A DNA stretch of 64,000 nt, taken from assembly GCF_964204645.1 (NCBI RefSeq), contig NC_134035.1, positions 12,928,451-12,992,450 on the forward strand, given 5' to 3'. A model generated the notes under the pieces. That model made no database searches, was not told the DNA's origin, and saw only the letters and a list, made by a program, of their open reading frames with translations. Source of the stretch: Tubulanus polymorphus (taxonomy: Eukaryota > Animalia > Nemertea). The position numbers and the translations under genes were made by a program. Shown in pieces: positions 26,681 to 60,179 of this stretch (position 1 is the stretch's first letter; the number at the start of each line of letters is the position of its first letter).

Positions 26681-28749
26681 AGTCCTCCAGCTAATTCTGC
26701 ATATATTAGGTAGTGCGGTTAAATATAAATATGTGATTTGTTCTGCAACTACTTAACCGCATTCTACACTTGGGCCCATACACGAGAACTTAATAAAATA
26801 GCAAATAGAATGGTTGTTTTTTCCCTAGGAGAGATTCCAGTCGATAGTTATCTGTACGTCCAGTCTTCATGTTATGTACAGAGGCCGGAAGGTTCCCAGG
26901 ATCCACCGCAATACAAAACACCACGCCATAAAGCAAAGAAATGGCACAAGTGGTTCCTGAATCATCCAACGCCAACGTTGTAGTTGACGTTGGCTTCAGC
27001 AAAAGGTAACCAGTAACCAAACCCTGGCAAGTGAGGATGTCCCTGAATTGGCAAAAGAAATCCTTCAAACACAAACGAACTACACAAATACTTGATTTAA
27101 ACTAGTTTATATAATGAGAGAGAGCCATGTTTTAAATTCCATAATTACTACTAATATTACACAATAGTACAATACTTTCATAGATTACATACAGAATGAA
27201 TGCCAAAACAAACATAGTACGATACACACAGATATTTGCGCTGTCCAAACATAATCAGAGACTGCTGACAAAAAAACCACATATTCATATCTATACTCCT
27301 AGAACTATTTACAATTTAACAGACAGAAAATCACCACAAGTATAAACGATGGGCTATTCGTGTACATTACTCAATATCCACCAATCTCAAGCATTATGTA
27401 CAGTTTCAAAGAAGTAGCAAATTTCTGAACCCTTCCTATCATTGTGGATGCGTGCTATGCACTTCACAAATAGCCCCTTTCCAGGCACAGTAATCATCAC
27501 TCCTGGACACGGAAAATTCAGACATACTGATTGCGGTACAAGCGCACTAAATACAGTAAAAAATTCATAATTCTAAGTAGTTTTCTTTTTTAAGTAGTTA
27601 CAGTTGTCAATTTATTTCAATGACCTATTTCATTCTATCCCTTTCAAAGACAAATTATCATTTTCAAGTTATACACGTTTTTCTTTATCTTCATTAGTTT
27701 GTACGAAAAATAAAGCAATTTACCACGTAAGTCAAGAAGCAAACTATCAAAAAGCAGAATCAGCACAGCCATATTGATAACAGTTATTTAACATATAATA
27801 AACTAATTGAAATTACAGCACTATAGTATAGTTAAACCAGCTTGATAATTCCTATCATTTGGGACCAATGAAATGAATCCAGTCTTTTGAGAAATCCGAA
27901 TCGGACAGAATGAACTGAGTGAATTTAATCTCACGACTGTGGAAGTGGATCAACATATTTTACAGACATCTATCGATAGTTGGACCAATGATAATTATAT
28001 CCCGATTATTGAACTGTTTAAGCATTATGTACAGGTAGGCGACTACAACAAGTGCGTACATTAGTTTATATGTACTTTATGAATGAATGACCCTATTACG
28101 GTACATACTAACAGCCAACCTGCAGCCATGCAATCATCTATTATTCATATAATGTGTGAATAATTCATGGACAGATATTTTTATACCGATCCTCTTACCA
28201 TTTCATATTCAAATAAATCGTTACAATCAATTCTTATGATAGTTTTAATCTGCGCGAAATATTCATGAAATATACGACTTTACAAATGAATGAGATTCAT
28301 TACAGTCGAAACGCTGTGGAGTCGTCAAATAACTGAAGTCGTCTCTACTTTTGAGTCCTAATTTGTATTTCTAATTCGATTTACGAAGTGTAAGTTTTCA
28401 TTTGGATGAGTCTTCAACGTAACGATCATCTCAACTAAGACTAACAGTTGAACGTGGTTCCACTGTACTGCGATTGAAAAGGACTCAAGCTGTATCTCCC
28501 GAGTTTTAAAAACTAAACACCCATCTCGAGATAGACGGAGATATTCCGAACCAACAACAGTAGACCGTATGTAAAACATGTAATACACGTAATATATGAA
28601 ATATTGTTCTGTAATACATGTAAAAGACTCTTATATCAAAATCTTACACTGAAATGTTAAACTACTTCGGTATAATTAACCGTATGCATCCTTTGTCCAG
28701 CCCACGTACCCCGCGACCCCTCCTGCAGTGTCCCCGCGCCGATTGCTGA

Positions 28750-48425
<19,676 letters not shown>

Positions 48426-48899
48426 TTAGTTATTTGTCGTGCGTAACCTTAAATGTAAAATGAAGAAATTGTTCGCAGAAAGTCTTTAACTACTATATTC
48501 TATTATTGACCAGGAACTATTCCTTCATTAATTGAGTAATGATAGGCCTACACCAAATAAATCCATTAAATGAATCTTTGCAGAGAGAGAGAGAGAGAGC
48601 GATGTGACACACTGATAGAACATTGACAGCACGGAATATTTCTTTAACTTTGATGTGATTTGAGTTTTTCACAAATTACACATTTTGTTATAAATTACAG
48701 ACAGACAGACAGACTGTATGTCGCCATCGGAGTGATGATTTCTTATTCAATAAACACACCACCGTCCGATTTTAAGCCAAGGCCCGACGACAACGTCAAC
48801 AACACGAACGAATTGGTCTGTAGGCTGTCGACTCTGACAGTTCTCAGAGGCGACAATAAGAAAAACCTACAATAAATGGGAATAGCGAATTTGAACATG

Positions 48900-49040
48900 G
48901 ATACCTTATTTATGTCAGACGTGAGGGGGCTGTGAGTATTCCTGTGTTCGATTCGTTTCTATATTTTTTTCGATACTGTGTGTCATCCATGAAAATTTTC
49001 AAAACCCACGTGACCTATTGGCGCGCTGATTGGCTGCGGT
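48900..49040 (-). promoter_or_regulatory. Probable CKAP5 non-coding first exon and promoter
   Basis: Donor AAG|GTAT near 48904 that could join an acceptor near 48448; two CCAAT boxes (ATTGG near 49017 and 49029) and a CACGTG E-box near 49007. Confidence 0.5.
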
Positions 49041-51126
49041 GTAGTAATGGCTAAACCTCGGCATGTGGACTCATAAGTCCAGTAGTAATCTGGGGATTCG
49101 AACTCACCTGAAGCTAGGGTTAGGGTTAGATGGTAAATCCACCTGCCAGACTGTGAAGCTAGGGTTAGATAGTGGTTACTGGTGGACCGGCTTCACTGTT
49201 GAAACAGGGACTCGAACCCAATAATATTCGGCCTCGGCATTACGATAGAACTCTAAAACTTTACATGAGTGGACATTCGAATACAATACAAACATGCTCC
49301 CTTGCCAGGGTTTGTTACTGCCGCTGAGAATGCCTTTTCTATCGTCAGCTGCTTGAATTAGAAAGCACAGTCAGGAAGACTCCGTTGATGGGCAAGGTGC
49401 TTAGTCCTTACTACTTGAAGCTCACTAACACTGGCTAAAAATATTCCTCTCCTTTCCGCCAAAAAAACTAATAAGAACACGTGAATTTTACATACAAATA
49501 CAATAAGGATAATCTAATTTATTCTCGTTTTAAAAACAGCCAAGCAATAATAATAACCATTTAAGAACTATTTGTTGATAGTAGAATTAGTGAATTAGAT
49601 ACAACCGCGTAGAGCACAATATACAAAAACATCTTTTCGTTTCGTTCAAAATGTTCCATTAATTACTCATGATCTTAAACTGATCTTATTATTATTTAGT
49701 TGTAAATAGCATAAATAATTATAACTTTACAAAATATACTTATAATCAGAGCTCGTAATTTTACTAAGTTTTTACAGTTTTCATTGAGGATAAAGTCAAA
49801 ATCAGTTCAAGTGAAATTTTTACTGATTCAGAATCTTTACTTAACTGCAGAATCATTTTTCAAATTCAAAGGATAGAAGATAGATAATAGTGGGATCTAT
49901 AAGTTGTGAAACTAAGCTCTGATGGTGTTTACAGAGCTGCCAACCTCTTAATGAGTACTATAACTAATGAATTTTTTTCAGTAACATGTCATTGAAATAT
50001 GAAAGAAAATGTTCAAATTAATCAGTAATCGACAGTAAGACCCTCAGTAACATCTTTCATATTTCTTTATGCATCAAATTAATCAAATCGGTATTTCTAG
50101 TTATAAAATAGCAACAAATGCTGAAAATCAAGAACATTTGGCAGCTCTGCGATTATGAAGTTATTTTTTTTACAGAACCACAACCACTGTTAGACATAAG
50201 CTATAATACATGCTACTAACATAGCTTTCGAAATCATGACGTGTTCCATTTTAATTACATTGTGTCATGTCATGGGATCATTAATTACAGAGAACAGTTA
50301 TCGTATATTTGATAAGACGTACATAAACGAAACATTTATTTATCAAAAAGAAAATGCAATATAGACGATGAAATAAAATCCGAGTTGGGATCAAATTTAC
50401 TGAACTCTCACGCGTTTATTGTTCACTATTATCAAAAAGATCGCAACAGTTTACTTGCGGTATCATTTATAAGCCTTTAGAAAATGTCGGTTCAAAATAT
50501 TCTTCATCAATGGCCGAATGATTTTTTAAAAAGAAAACGTGTGTCTAAAAAAAAAAGTTTATAGTCCCCGAGTGTCGATGTACGCGAGGTGACGTTTTAC
50601 TAATTTGCGACTGCATGAACAATTCAAACACATCAACACCGAGAATATTCGCTGAATTGTTTTTGATGGCGCGTCATGCGGAAATGCTGAAACAGAAACA
50701 ACCAATGTTGTGTTAAACGCAAATGCAGTTATTCATTATCAGATAAGCGAGTATCGTCACATCATTGAAGTCACTATTTTTGAGAATCTACGCAATATGC
50801 ATGATCGATGCCAGTTTGGAAAACACTTGTCATCACTATGAATATATTAATAGCTGATCCGTCCTATTTTACGGTTACAGCAGATATTTGCACAGTGGCA
50901 CACCGTGAATGACACAGTTCTGGATTGGCCGGCAATGTGCTTCATTCTCAATCCTCATTGCTCAATTGAGCATAGGTTGACTGTGTAAAAGCTTCAGTAC
51001 CAACCTACATGTATACTACTAATAATTGCAATTAAGCGAGTTTCAGGACCCAGTTCAACGGTTGTGAGTGTAAATTGACTCATCAATTCATTTTCAATTT
51101 GAGCTTATCAACATAGTCAAAATTAA

Positions 51127-51348
51127 GGCACAAAAAAAAATGGATACCTTGTTTCTCCGCTCTGCTGAGCTTAAATGTTGACCCGGCCGGCCGCCTATCT
51201 ACCCTATACATTACTTTTTTTAAAATCGTGATCAATTTTACCATAACAGACCCGGCCGCTGTAGAAATGAACTGTTTATAAATTTTATCATATTTTACAA
51301 AAATGACCCGGCCGCTGCGGAGAAACAAGGTATCATTTTTGTTTAGCC
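51127..51348. mobile_element. Tourist/Harbinger-like MITE in the 3' UTR intron of the SR gene
   Basis: GGC...ATACCTTGTTTCTCCGC / GCGGAGAAACAAGGTAT...GCC TIRs with TAA on both sides. Confidence 0.75.
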
Positions 51349-51453
51349 TAATGGTGAAACTGAGTCCTGATGATCAACATAAATACACGAGACAATGTTT
51401 GATACTTACAATGCGGAGACTTTATATAGAATGAAATATCGAATGAATGTCAA

Positions 51454-54400
51454 TCACCATCGATCATCGGAACGCCTATAAATATAAATGGCACCCGTTT
51501 TTAAATCATACCAGTCTAAGCTCATTTTGGTTCTATGACAAATGTTACTTCTGAAGACTAGTATAAGCTAATTTTGGTTCTATGACCAATCTTACAACTT
51601 AAGACCAGTCTAGCTCATTTTGGTTTTATAGCCAATCTCAGAAGACAAACTAGAAATTATATAATGAGCATACAACTGCCTCTGGTCAAAATTTCAATAG
51701 CTTCTTAATACTAACTTCAGATTTGACACAGAGCATCATAATTTAATTTTGGGCAGCTGCTTTTTTTTCGTGCCGAGTAGTACACGGAGCTGGGCACTAC
51801 TTGGCCCAGCGAGGGGGGAGAGAGGGTGTACTGTACCTGTATCTATCCGAGCGGTCTCGACTCCTACTGCGACTTCTCGAATATCGATTATACCGGTCAT
51901 TGTAGCCTCTGTCGTCATAGTTACGACCGTAACTACGCCTGTATCCGTAGTAACCGCTGTTGTAACCCCTGTAATACACAACGGACGAACCGCGGTTAGT
52001 CAACAGACGATCGGGAGTCGACACGAAAAATTCTTATCGGTTAAATAGAAATAAATCCTGAAAATGAACTCCATTCGAACACATCAGACCAGACTACACC
52101 TGATATCTCTCTAATCGTAGTAATTTGATATCGAAAACAGTAGTTTTAATTGGAAATTAACTGGAAATTATTCTCATAAAGTAATCATAGACTGACCAGA
52201 AGATATTTGATGCAAAAAAAATCGGACAGCCAATTCTCGATTATCCGCACGACACATATTGTTGGTCGACAGTTGAACATCAATTTAATCAATTGATGTT
52301 GTAGTAGATTGTTGTAATCAGACTGCGAGTGGCTGATAATCAAGGGTTGACTGTCCTTTGATTGAAATGGCATCAGAAATCATTTCGATTTTCAAGATTA
52401 TTTTGATATTTTTTTGCAGTTTTGAAGTTTGACATTAAAAAGAGTAGAACTACTCTTTTAAGTAGTAGGTATTTTTGGTAGTAGTCAAGTCTTAGTTGGG
52501 TCTGTAGTAGAACATCTCACATCTAATCATACCCCTAAATCAGAACGTCGCTAATTCATGTCGCTTTCTTTCGAAACCCGCGATCCCAAACAACAGTCGT
52601 CAACGCCAGGTTTCACGATATCGACCGTCCAACAAACGAAGGTCGGCACGTGTTAATCCAAGGTCGGTGCGGAGCCGATGACTTGGTATAAATACTTACC
52701 TCGAAGGAGAGATAGAAAGACAACAATACTCATATTGACCAATCATTTAACACACCGCACCATTGATTCATTGATTGACCATTTATCTGTGCCATAATTA
52801 CAACTCTCTCTCACTATCAACACGTTATTGAATATAACACACACTGGGTGGCGCCACTGTTTAATGAACCATCACCCAATGTCACGACCAGGCCATTTCT
52901 TACGTATACCATACCAATAACACATCACACTAGCCCTGGGACATAGTGGAAAACATACAAGTCAGTAATAGAATAATTTCAACAAATCTAGATCGTGTTT
53001 CTTTTTAGCGTAGGTTTTGATGCCGAAAGCCGAGGACAGGGCGCGATGGAATAAGTTTTAGGGTCATTTCATATTATTACACGGGGATTAGAATAAATTT
53101 GACGAGACATCAAAGAGATCGCCATTGTCGACGGAGATTTTGCAACAATTAAAATCCGGAATGTTGTAAGACTGATGCCGTTCACATACTGAACATGCTG
53201 AAAAGTTCATGCCCGACAAATCCCTCCCTAAGAAAAGGGTCTCCAAAAATTGGACGACCCTCATAGCCAGGCTATATATATATATATATCGAATACAATA
53301 CGCTTACATATACATTGATAGGGGGAGCCACCTCCTGCGAATGAAAAAGCTAGTGCAAAGATTGCGGCGGACATAAAAATAAAGATAGCAAAAAGAGACA
53401 TTTATGAGAAATAAACAGCTTAAGATGGATTTCACTATCGAGTGTGTTTTATATCGGACCCTCGCAGACTACTAACGTATCCAATTATTGATATATCGAG
53501 TTTGATTTTTGTTTTTAAATTTGAGATCTCAATCTAGAATGATATAAATACGAACCTTCGTCGACGACAGTCTCTCGAGAAATGGCCCTTCTCTCCGCAC
53601 TGGTAACAACGTAGGTTCGGGTCGAAACCGCGTCTTCGGCGCCCTCTGGTTCTCGGACGGGCGTAACTCACTCGCACGCGACCTCCGCAAACAACTCTGT
53701 AAAAACATTCAGTTTTATGCTGAATCCAATCTCGACTTTTCAATATGAACCTTTTATGCCAATTTGTAAGATTCACAGCATTTTCTTCCATTATTATTCC
53801 AGGGTTCTTTGAGCATGATCTGTGACTCAGTCATTTGTAACATTGTATAAAAACAGAAGAGGAGACGGCAGTTCTATTTATAGCTACCTTTATAAGACAC
53901 ACAGAGCTCGAGTAGTAACACAAGAACACTGCACTGGTGCCAAAATTATCAATCTATCGCCTGCAGTGTTCAGGCTTTAACCCTTTCAGTGCTGACTAAT
54001 TAATACCCTATAGTGCTGAATATAATTTGAAAATTTTTTAAAAATTCCACCCTTGTGTGTTGAATAACGGGAATATCACTATAATGCGTCTACACCGTGG
54101 TGCGGTGTATCGTTAGTTACTAGTATTTCACTATGTTTGACAGGTGCTGCCATCTTTCAAGAGAGATAATTACTAATTACTAATTACATCAATACACCGC
54201 AGTGTGGTGTACTAGCAAAATCCATCACCGATTTATACACCGCACTGCGGTGTAGATGCACTGAAAGGGTTAATAGATAAATAAATACATTAAGTGGTTG
54301 AATGATAAAATTCGTTGGTCATAAGTTAATTTACTCATCGTCTTAAAATGACATTGCAAAAATGTTATGATGGCGTCTTGTCCATCGAATGAATTAATTA

Positions 54401-55033
54401 TTTGCTATGACATGTTTGAAATTGATAAATGCTGCAGGTTTTCAAACAATCGCCGTGGGTTACTGTGGCCACCCCTGATAGAATTGCTGTAGGTCAGATT
54501 TGGCCAAATTCGGTAACAACTCCTGATTTCCCTGATTTACAAGAACTACTGATTTCCCCAATTTGCGACAAACCCTGATTTCCCCAATTTGCGACAAACC
54601 CTGATTTCCCTGATCTGCAAGAACCCCTGATTTCTCTGAATACTTACTGTCCGTCCATTTCCTTAATGGCTTCATCCGCGTCCTCTTTCCGTTTATAGAC
54701 AATGAAAGCGAAACACGGAGGATTCCTAGCGAGCCAAACTTCGATCATCTCTCCGAACTTCTCGAATATCTTCTCGATCTCTCGTTTCGAACAGTCGATA
54801 CCGAGGTCGGCGACGTGTACGCGATATCCGTCGTCGTCGGGAGTCATACTACGACTGTGCGACCGACTATGACTCCGCGAATGACTGCGACTGTGCGAAC
54901 GACTCCGGCTGTGACTGTGGTGATGATGGTGGTCGTGATGACTCCCGCTGCGACTGCGACTCCTCGACGGAGACTTCGTTTTCGATTTCGACCTCGATCG
55001 AGACCGCGACCTTGAATTACTCTTATCCGGCAT
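51454..55033 (-). CDS. SR splicing factor, SRSF7/9G8-like (N-terminal RS/His tract, RRM, CCHC zinc knuckle, RY/RS tail)
   Basis: Exons 54648-55033, 53556-53696, 51837-51968 and 51454-51475 splice in frame (all phase 2). RRM motif VWLARNPPCFAFIVY and zinc knuckle CYQCGEKGHFSRDC. 5' UTR donor GTAAGT at 55370, 3' UTR donor at 51409, AATAAA near 49520. Confidence 0.88.
53981..54269. mobile_element. piggyBac-type MITE (second copy)
   Basis: TTAA-CCCTTTCAGTGC...GCACTGAAAGGG-TTAA. Confidence 0.85.
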
Positions 55034-55176
55034 TGTGTGAGCTAAACAAGTGAATGATTAATGAAAATGACCAAAAACAACTTCTCTATTAAAAAGAGTA
55101 AGATTTTATTTAAAATCGAAATTAAGTTAACTTTACTTTGAGATTGATAACATCGATTGCGTGAAATGAAAAAAAA

Positions 55177-55229
55177 GAGGCCGGGTCGCCCAGGCACGAA
55201 CGCCCGGGAGGAACCCCGACCCCGGCCTC
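55177..55229 (-). other. GC-rich intronic hairpin with a UUCG loop, followed by U8
   Basis: Minus strand GAGGCCGGGGUCG-ggguuccu-CCCGGGCG-UUCG-UGCCUGGG-CGACCCGGCCUC-UUUUUUUU. Confidence 0.55.
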
Positions 55230-57107
55230 GCCTCACACCACAAGCAAGTTACCATTTAAATACAGTGATTTCCTCGATTAAATAAATCGCTCCGGTGATT
55301 TTTTTATATTTTCTAAATGAACCGAAATCTAATCGTTCGCTAAATGTTCAAATTTTCTCTCAAAACTTACGTTTTTCCGTGAAATTCGGCGTAAAAAAAG
55401 CGAGCTTTCCAACAGTTTTCTATCTCGGGTGGGCAAAAGGTTGAAAGCCTGTTTTGGTCGATGGCTAGTGACGTCATCAAGATCGCCTTTTTGTTACTCC
55501 CACAGCTAAACAACTCACTTTTGACGGTTAACCGCTGAATTTGAATTTGCTGTCAAGTGTATTCTTGCTGGCTGTTGATTAAAAGATTGTGAATCATGTT
55601 TTCCGAACGTGTTAAGCTTGTCTCCGGACCAGTTGGTGGGTATATTGGTTTGAAAAAAGAGGTAGATTGCAAGATTATAAAAAACTCACTGGGTAACACT
55701 GGTGAACGCCGCGAGCATCGTGCACGGTGGTGCAGGCGAGGCGTCGCGACCGCGCGGCGGCAGGGCTTTTTAATTTTGGCTTTTGCCAGTTTTGGAGTCT
55801 TGTTATTGCCACCACGGCCACGTTACCACCACACTCACATTGTCGCTAGGCCTACTGTACTGCCACTACTTTACTTGCTACTTACTCGGCTAAATTAATT
55901 TGTCTTCATCCACGCTTACTTCCCCCCTCCCCCCCCCCCCATGTTAACAAGTAATTTCTGCCAACCGAACCACCAGTCGCAGTAGCCGTAGGCAGTATAC
56001 TATAGTGCAGTAGTGGGTACCCAGTGGCATGCCATTGCCATGCCACTGGGTATAGGCCTATGTTGCCCGTACACAGTCACCACCTACTAGGCCTTAAATA
56101 TTCCAACAACCATTCCAAATCCAGCAACAAAAAATAAACAATAAATTTTAAGGCATCGAAACAGAAGAATGGTAGTTCCCTGTATTCAGAGTCAATGAAA
56201 ATGTATTTCTTGTTGCAGATAGATAGCCTAACCAATTTCAGGATAAGTACTTTTCATTCCTTTATTTATATACGTAGCCTAACTGTTTAATCCTGGCCCT
56301 GGCCACTGAGGGTGTATGCATTAGGTCTGGTCCCAGTTTCACTGAGCTAGTTAGCCAACAATTAAGCTGAGAAATTTTGTTAAGTGGCAATTCAGGGGCA
56401 GATCAGGAGAGTATACAGGGGTGTACACCCCTTAAAACTTTTAAGTTGCACTGAAATTTAAAGGGAAAATTAAAAATATCAACAAGTATTTTTAAAAAGC
56501 TTATATTCCAAAACATGTTCTCTGTAGGCCTACTTCCAAAATATAGGTATTATGTTTTCTGATGATCTGGTGCCCTTTTGATTTTTAATTATATATGATA
56601 CTGATACCTATGCCCTATTTTGGGCTGCACCCCTCCCTGAATCAGTCTGCCAGCAATTAAGAGGATGTTTATAGATAATTTGATTTAGAGGAATCTTTTA
56701 ATTTAGTGCCTGATGTTAGGCCTTCCACAGCCTGGTAGAGGTGGTTTAGGTGAACAAGTTAGTCTTTACACCGCAGGACTTTTAGGTGAAGGTGAAACTG
56801 GCCCTTGTTTATGCATAGGCTACTGTGTGTGCACGCTTATCTTTATGCTTATTCAATTAGAATACCCATGTAGCTACCAAATAAGCACCGCTTCAGAGGA
56901 TTTTAGAAATTTTCACTTCAATAACACTGTGTTCTATTTTTGGGCACTAGCTACTATTATGCACAATTTTTTCAATCAATTCTATCACATTGATATACAT
57001 ATATGTGTCACTTCTTTTGCATATAGTAGGGTCTTACAGTAACCAGTGTGCTCTCTCACACCTCCCTGTGATATTGGCCTGAGACTGACAAATAATCTTT
57101 TTTGTAG

Positions 57108-59439
57108 CGTATTGGTCTCGTAGCAGACAGCATTTTAAAGTATGCTGGGCTAGATGGTGTAGGCTTATTTGAATGGACAAGGATCGTGTGCCCCGGAGGA
57201 ACCATTGAAACATTGATGGAAGGTAATTTCTCGGTTCAGTACTGATTTATATTGTTCATTTTCATTGGGTTACTGATTAGTTGTATATTACAGAATTGAA
57301 AAAGTGAAGATGCTGAATGTGGAACAACTAATCGTCCATGTTGGAACAAATAATATGACGCGTGATGTCCCGCTTGAGATTGTTCTGCGAAGACACGTTG
57401 AATTAATTCGATTGTTGCTCTATAAATGTACTGGGACCATCATTGTACCAGCTCTTTTTCCTCGATGTGATGAGTAAGTATCAAGAATAGATTTTTCTTG
57501 AAATACTATATTTATGATCGATGTTATGATTTTTAAATTTCTTTCTTTTTTAAAGTTTCGATGCTGACACAAAGATATTTCATTACAATGAAATGCTGCA
57601 CCGCGAATGCTTTACACTTGGTGTAAAGTTCGTTGATTTTCACTTCTCAAGAGATCTCCTTTCACCGTAAGTAATCGTTTAATTTTAATAAGCCCAGTAG
57701 GTTATGTGCATTTTTTCGCGATTTAAACTAACTTGTTTTTTTCTAAATTTTGTGATCTAGGACTGACTTGTTACACCCCAGCCGTAAGGGAAATCAGTTC
57801 ATAAATAACAGGATAATGGAACTACTGCTATTGAAAGATGAAGATGAAATGTACGTAGAATTTTTCAATGGTGATACTCAATATACATTCAATCAGCTTG
57901 ATGTTTTAGAAGAAAGATTCCCCGATAAAGTATCAATATCCGAGGAACATTCATATGACATTTCAAAAAAATGCCGAAGGTACATAGGAAATTTAGATTC
58001 AATATCCAGTCGTATCTTATTCAATTACGTTATTACAATCGTTCCTGAAAATTGTCTTTCATACGTAGATGGTAATTGCCATTTAATCAATTTGAAACTA
58101 GGTATATGTACTTGTGAAGCTTTTATAATGATTGGACAACCATATTTTTGCAAACATCTTTTTGCCTGTTTTGCCCAAAAAAACAATATAACCACAACGA
58201 AGGCTTTAATTGATGCATATAAATTCCACATTGTGGAGCCTCTGCCAACTTACAATTTTACTCGACAAAATAGTTCTGTTTCATCTACCCTCATTGATAA
58301 GTTAAAAGATCATTCCCACATTGCTAGCTCGAATGATATCAATGCTGCTCGGAAAGGGCACATTCTAAGTATTTTACATAATGAAAGCCACTGTGGAATT
58401 AAGTTAATAAGCGGACGACCTGCCAAACGACAACCTCACAATATGGCTCATAGGCGTGCTGAGGGTCCAATCAAGGACAATCAGGTTGCCATAAACCTTC
58501 CTGAACTTGAAGTGATAGACCCTTACTGCCCTAAGGTTACAATGCCTAAAGATGCTGAGAATGCAAGACACGGAGGGCGAAAGATAATTAGACCTGCTAA
58601 CAGAGGTGTATCCTTTTCTGCTATGGTTGAAAATGCTGCTATGAAACTAGGTTAAAAAAGCTAAAATATCAGAAATTGAAACCATAGACTCCACTGATCC
58701 AGATCCTGGCAATGATATCGAATTTTCAGCAGATATTTTAAGTCAGAATAAATCATCCTTACCGAAAAAATCAAAAGATACCAAACCAAAAGATATTAAG
58801 TCATAACCAGTTGTTAAAAATGACTCGAAGTCTGTTTTATTTGAAAAAAGTATTGTCTGTTCCTTTTGTATTAAAGACAAAATAAATCCTCCATATCTTT
58901 GTTCATGTCGCAGGGAACTAGATAGGCACATATCCACTTCTCATTCATCTTTGAAACCTATCTCATGTGCTATTTGTTGGGCAGATGGGGTTATTAATTC
59001 ATATGCAAGTGAAACATTCCTTCAAAAGCACATTCGTATTGAACATAATCATCATAAGAAAAAATCTATTGTAATCGATTATAATAATAGAGATGATTAT
59101 CTCAACAGTTCTCCTATTACAGAAATCAATAATTCCAATACTGAAAAAGAATTAGAAATTCTTATAGATCAACCTGGAAATGCAGGCCTCCAAAACCTAG
59201 CAAAATTGAAACTAGATAATCTTTTGCCATCAAAAGTTGAAAAAACCCCTCCTCAGTTAGTTGCTGAAACCTGCCCTGTCTGCCACAAAAACTGCAATGC
59301 TAATCCTAAGAAAAAGTCCACATTCTCAATTGAATGTGATAATTGCCATAGATGGTATCATTGGAAATGTGCTCCAATCAATGAGGCTCCTCCTGAACAT
59401 ATCAGGTGGTTTTGTTTTCATTGTGACCCGATTTCCTAA
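57108..59439 (+). pseudogene. Spliced transposon-borne gene: SGNH/GDSL hydrolase, SWIM finger, two C2H2-like fingers and PHD finger; apparently disabled
   Basis: Exons 57108-57222 (IGLVADSILK...CPGG), 57294-57473 (LIVHVGTNN...ALFPR), 57556-57666 and 57761 onward (TDLLHPSRKG; CTC..CKH SWIM). C2H2-like CSFC..H..H and CAIC..H..H, then PHD C4HC3 at about 59270-59425. Lesions: phase mismatch at the first intron, a frame change near 58650, and an in-frame TAA at 58804-58806. Confidence 0.78.
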
Positions 59440-60179
59440 ATAGTTTGTATTGAATATTATTGATCGGGTTTCGAATGAATCCCTGACGTTAGAAATATTT
59501 TCATTTCCCATGGTGAACGTAGAAGCCGTCACTTAGTCACCTATATATTTACTCGATTACATATAAGGTTAAGAAGCGATGTATATGCACTGGTGTTTAT
59601 AGTGCTCTATTTCAGGTTTTTTCTTTCAGGAAAATATATTTTGTGAATAGATTACCGCTTGATTTTTTATGTTACAGGTTACTGCAAAATCATCAGTTAT
59701 TGTGATGCGTGCCGATGTCTCTGGATGATTCTGACCATGTCTAGAACTTCAACATCCTTGACTTATCATCAATTGGCAGCAGTATACATACATGCATGTT
59801 CAGAGAGTGTATGGACACATCAACCTCGGTTCAAGGCTGTCCTTGTATAATCCATATATAATATATATAGATTGGTCCCATTTTAACTTACTCAACTGCT
59901 TGAATGTCTTGTTTGTTATTCGTAAATTTTCACTTATTCATTGATTGTTTCTGTAGAATTTTATATGTGATATATAAACGTGGAAACCAGGGCCCATTGC
60001 ACTATGAAAGACACTTGACATTTTTTTGGGACAGATCTTTCTATATGTTTATGTCCTCGAGGCATCTGAAGTTAAGAAAATTCCCTTTGAAAACTGGAAA
60101 TGACATAATGAAATAAGTTGTGGAATGTTTAAATTCGACAAAATGAATGTATTTTGCATTCCTAAGGCCCTATATATTT

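Noticed and set aside
25946-26713. Ser/Pro-rich, extensin-like 255-aa ORF and overlapping ORFs
   Set aside because: A 21-bp minisatellite open in three frames; the 255-aa ORF starts at TTG and has no flanking gene structure.
49090-49225. TTAGGG-like repeats and B-box-like GTTCGA motifs
   Set aside because: Only 2-3 units with no cloverleaf; probably repeat debris.
55596-55898. 100-aa ORF near the left TIR as a gene or first exon of the SGNH gene
   Set aside because: It could donate a first exon (GAG|GTAGAT, phase 0), but there is no homology or other support, so it is left unassigned.
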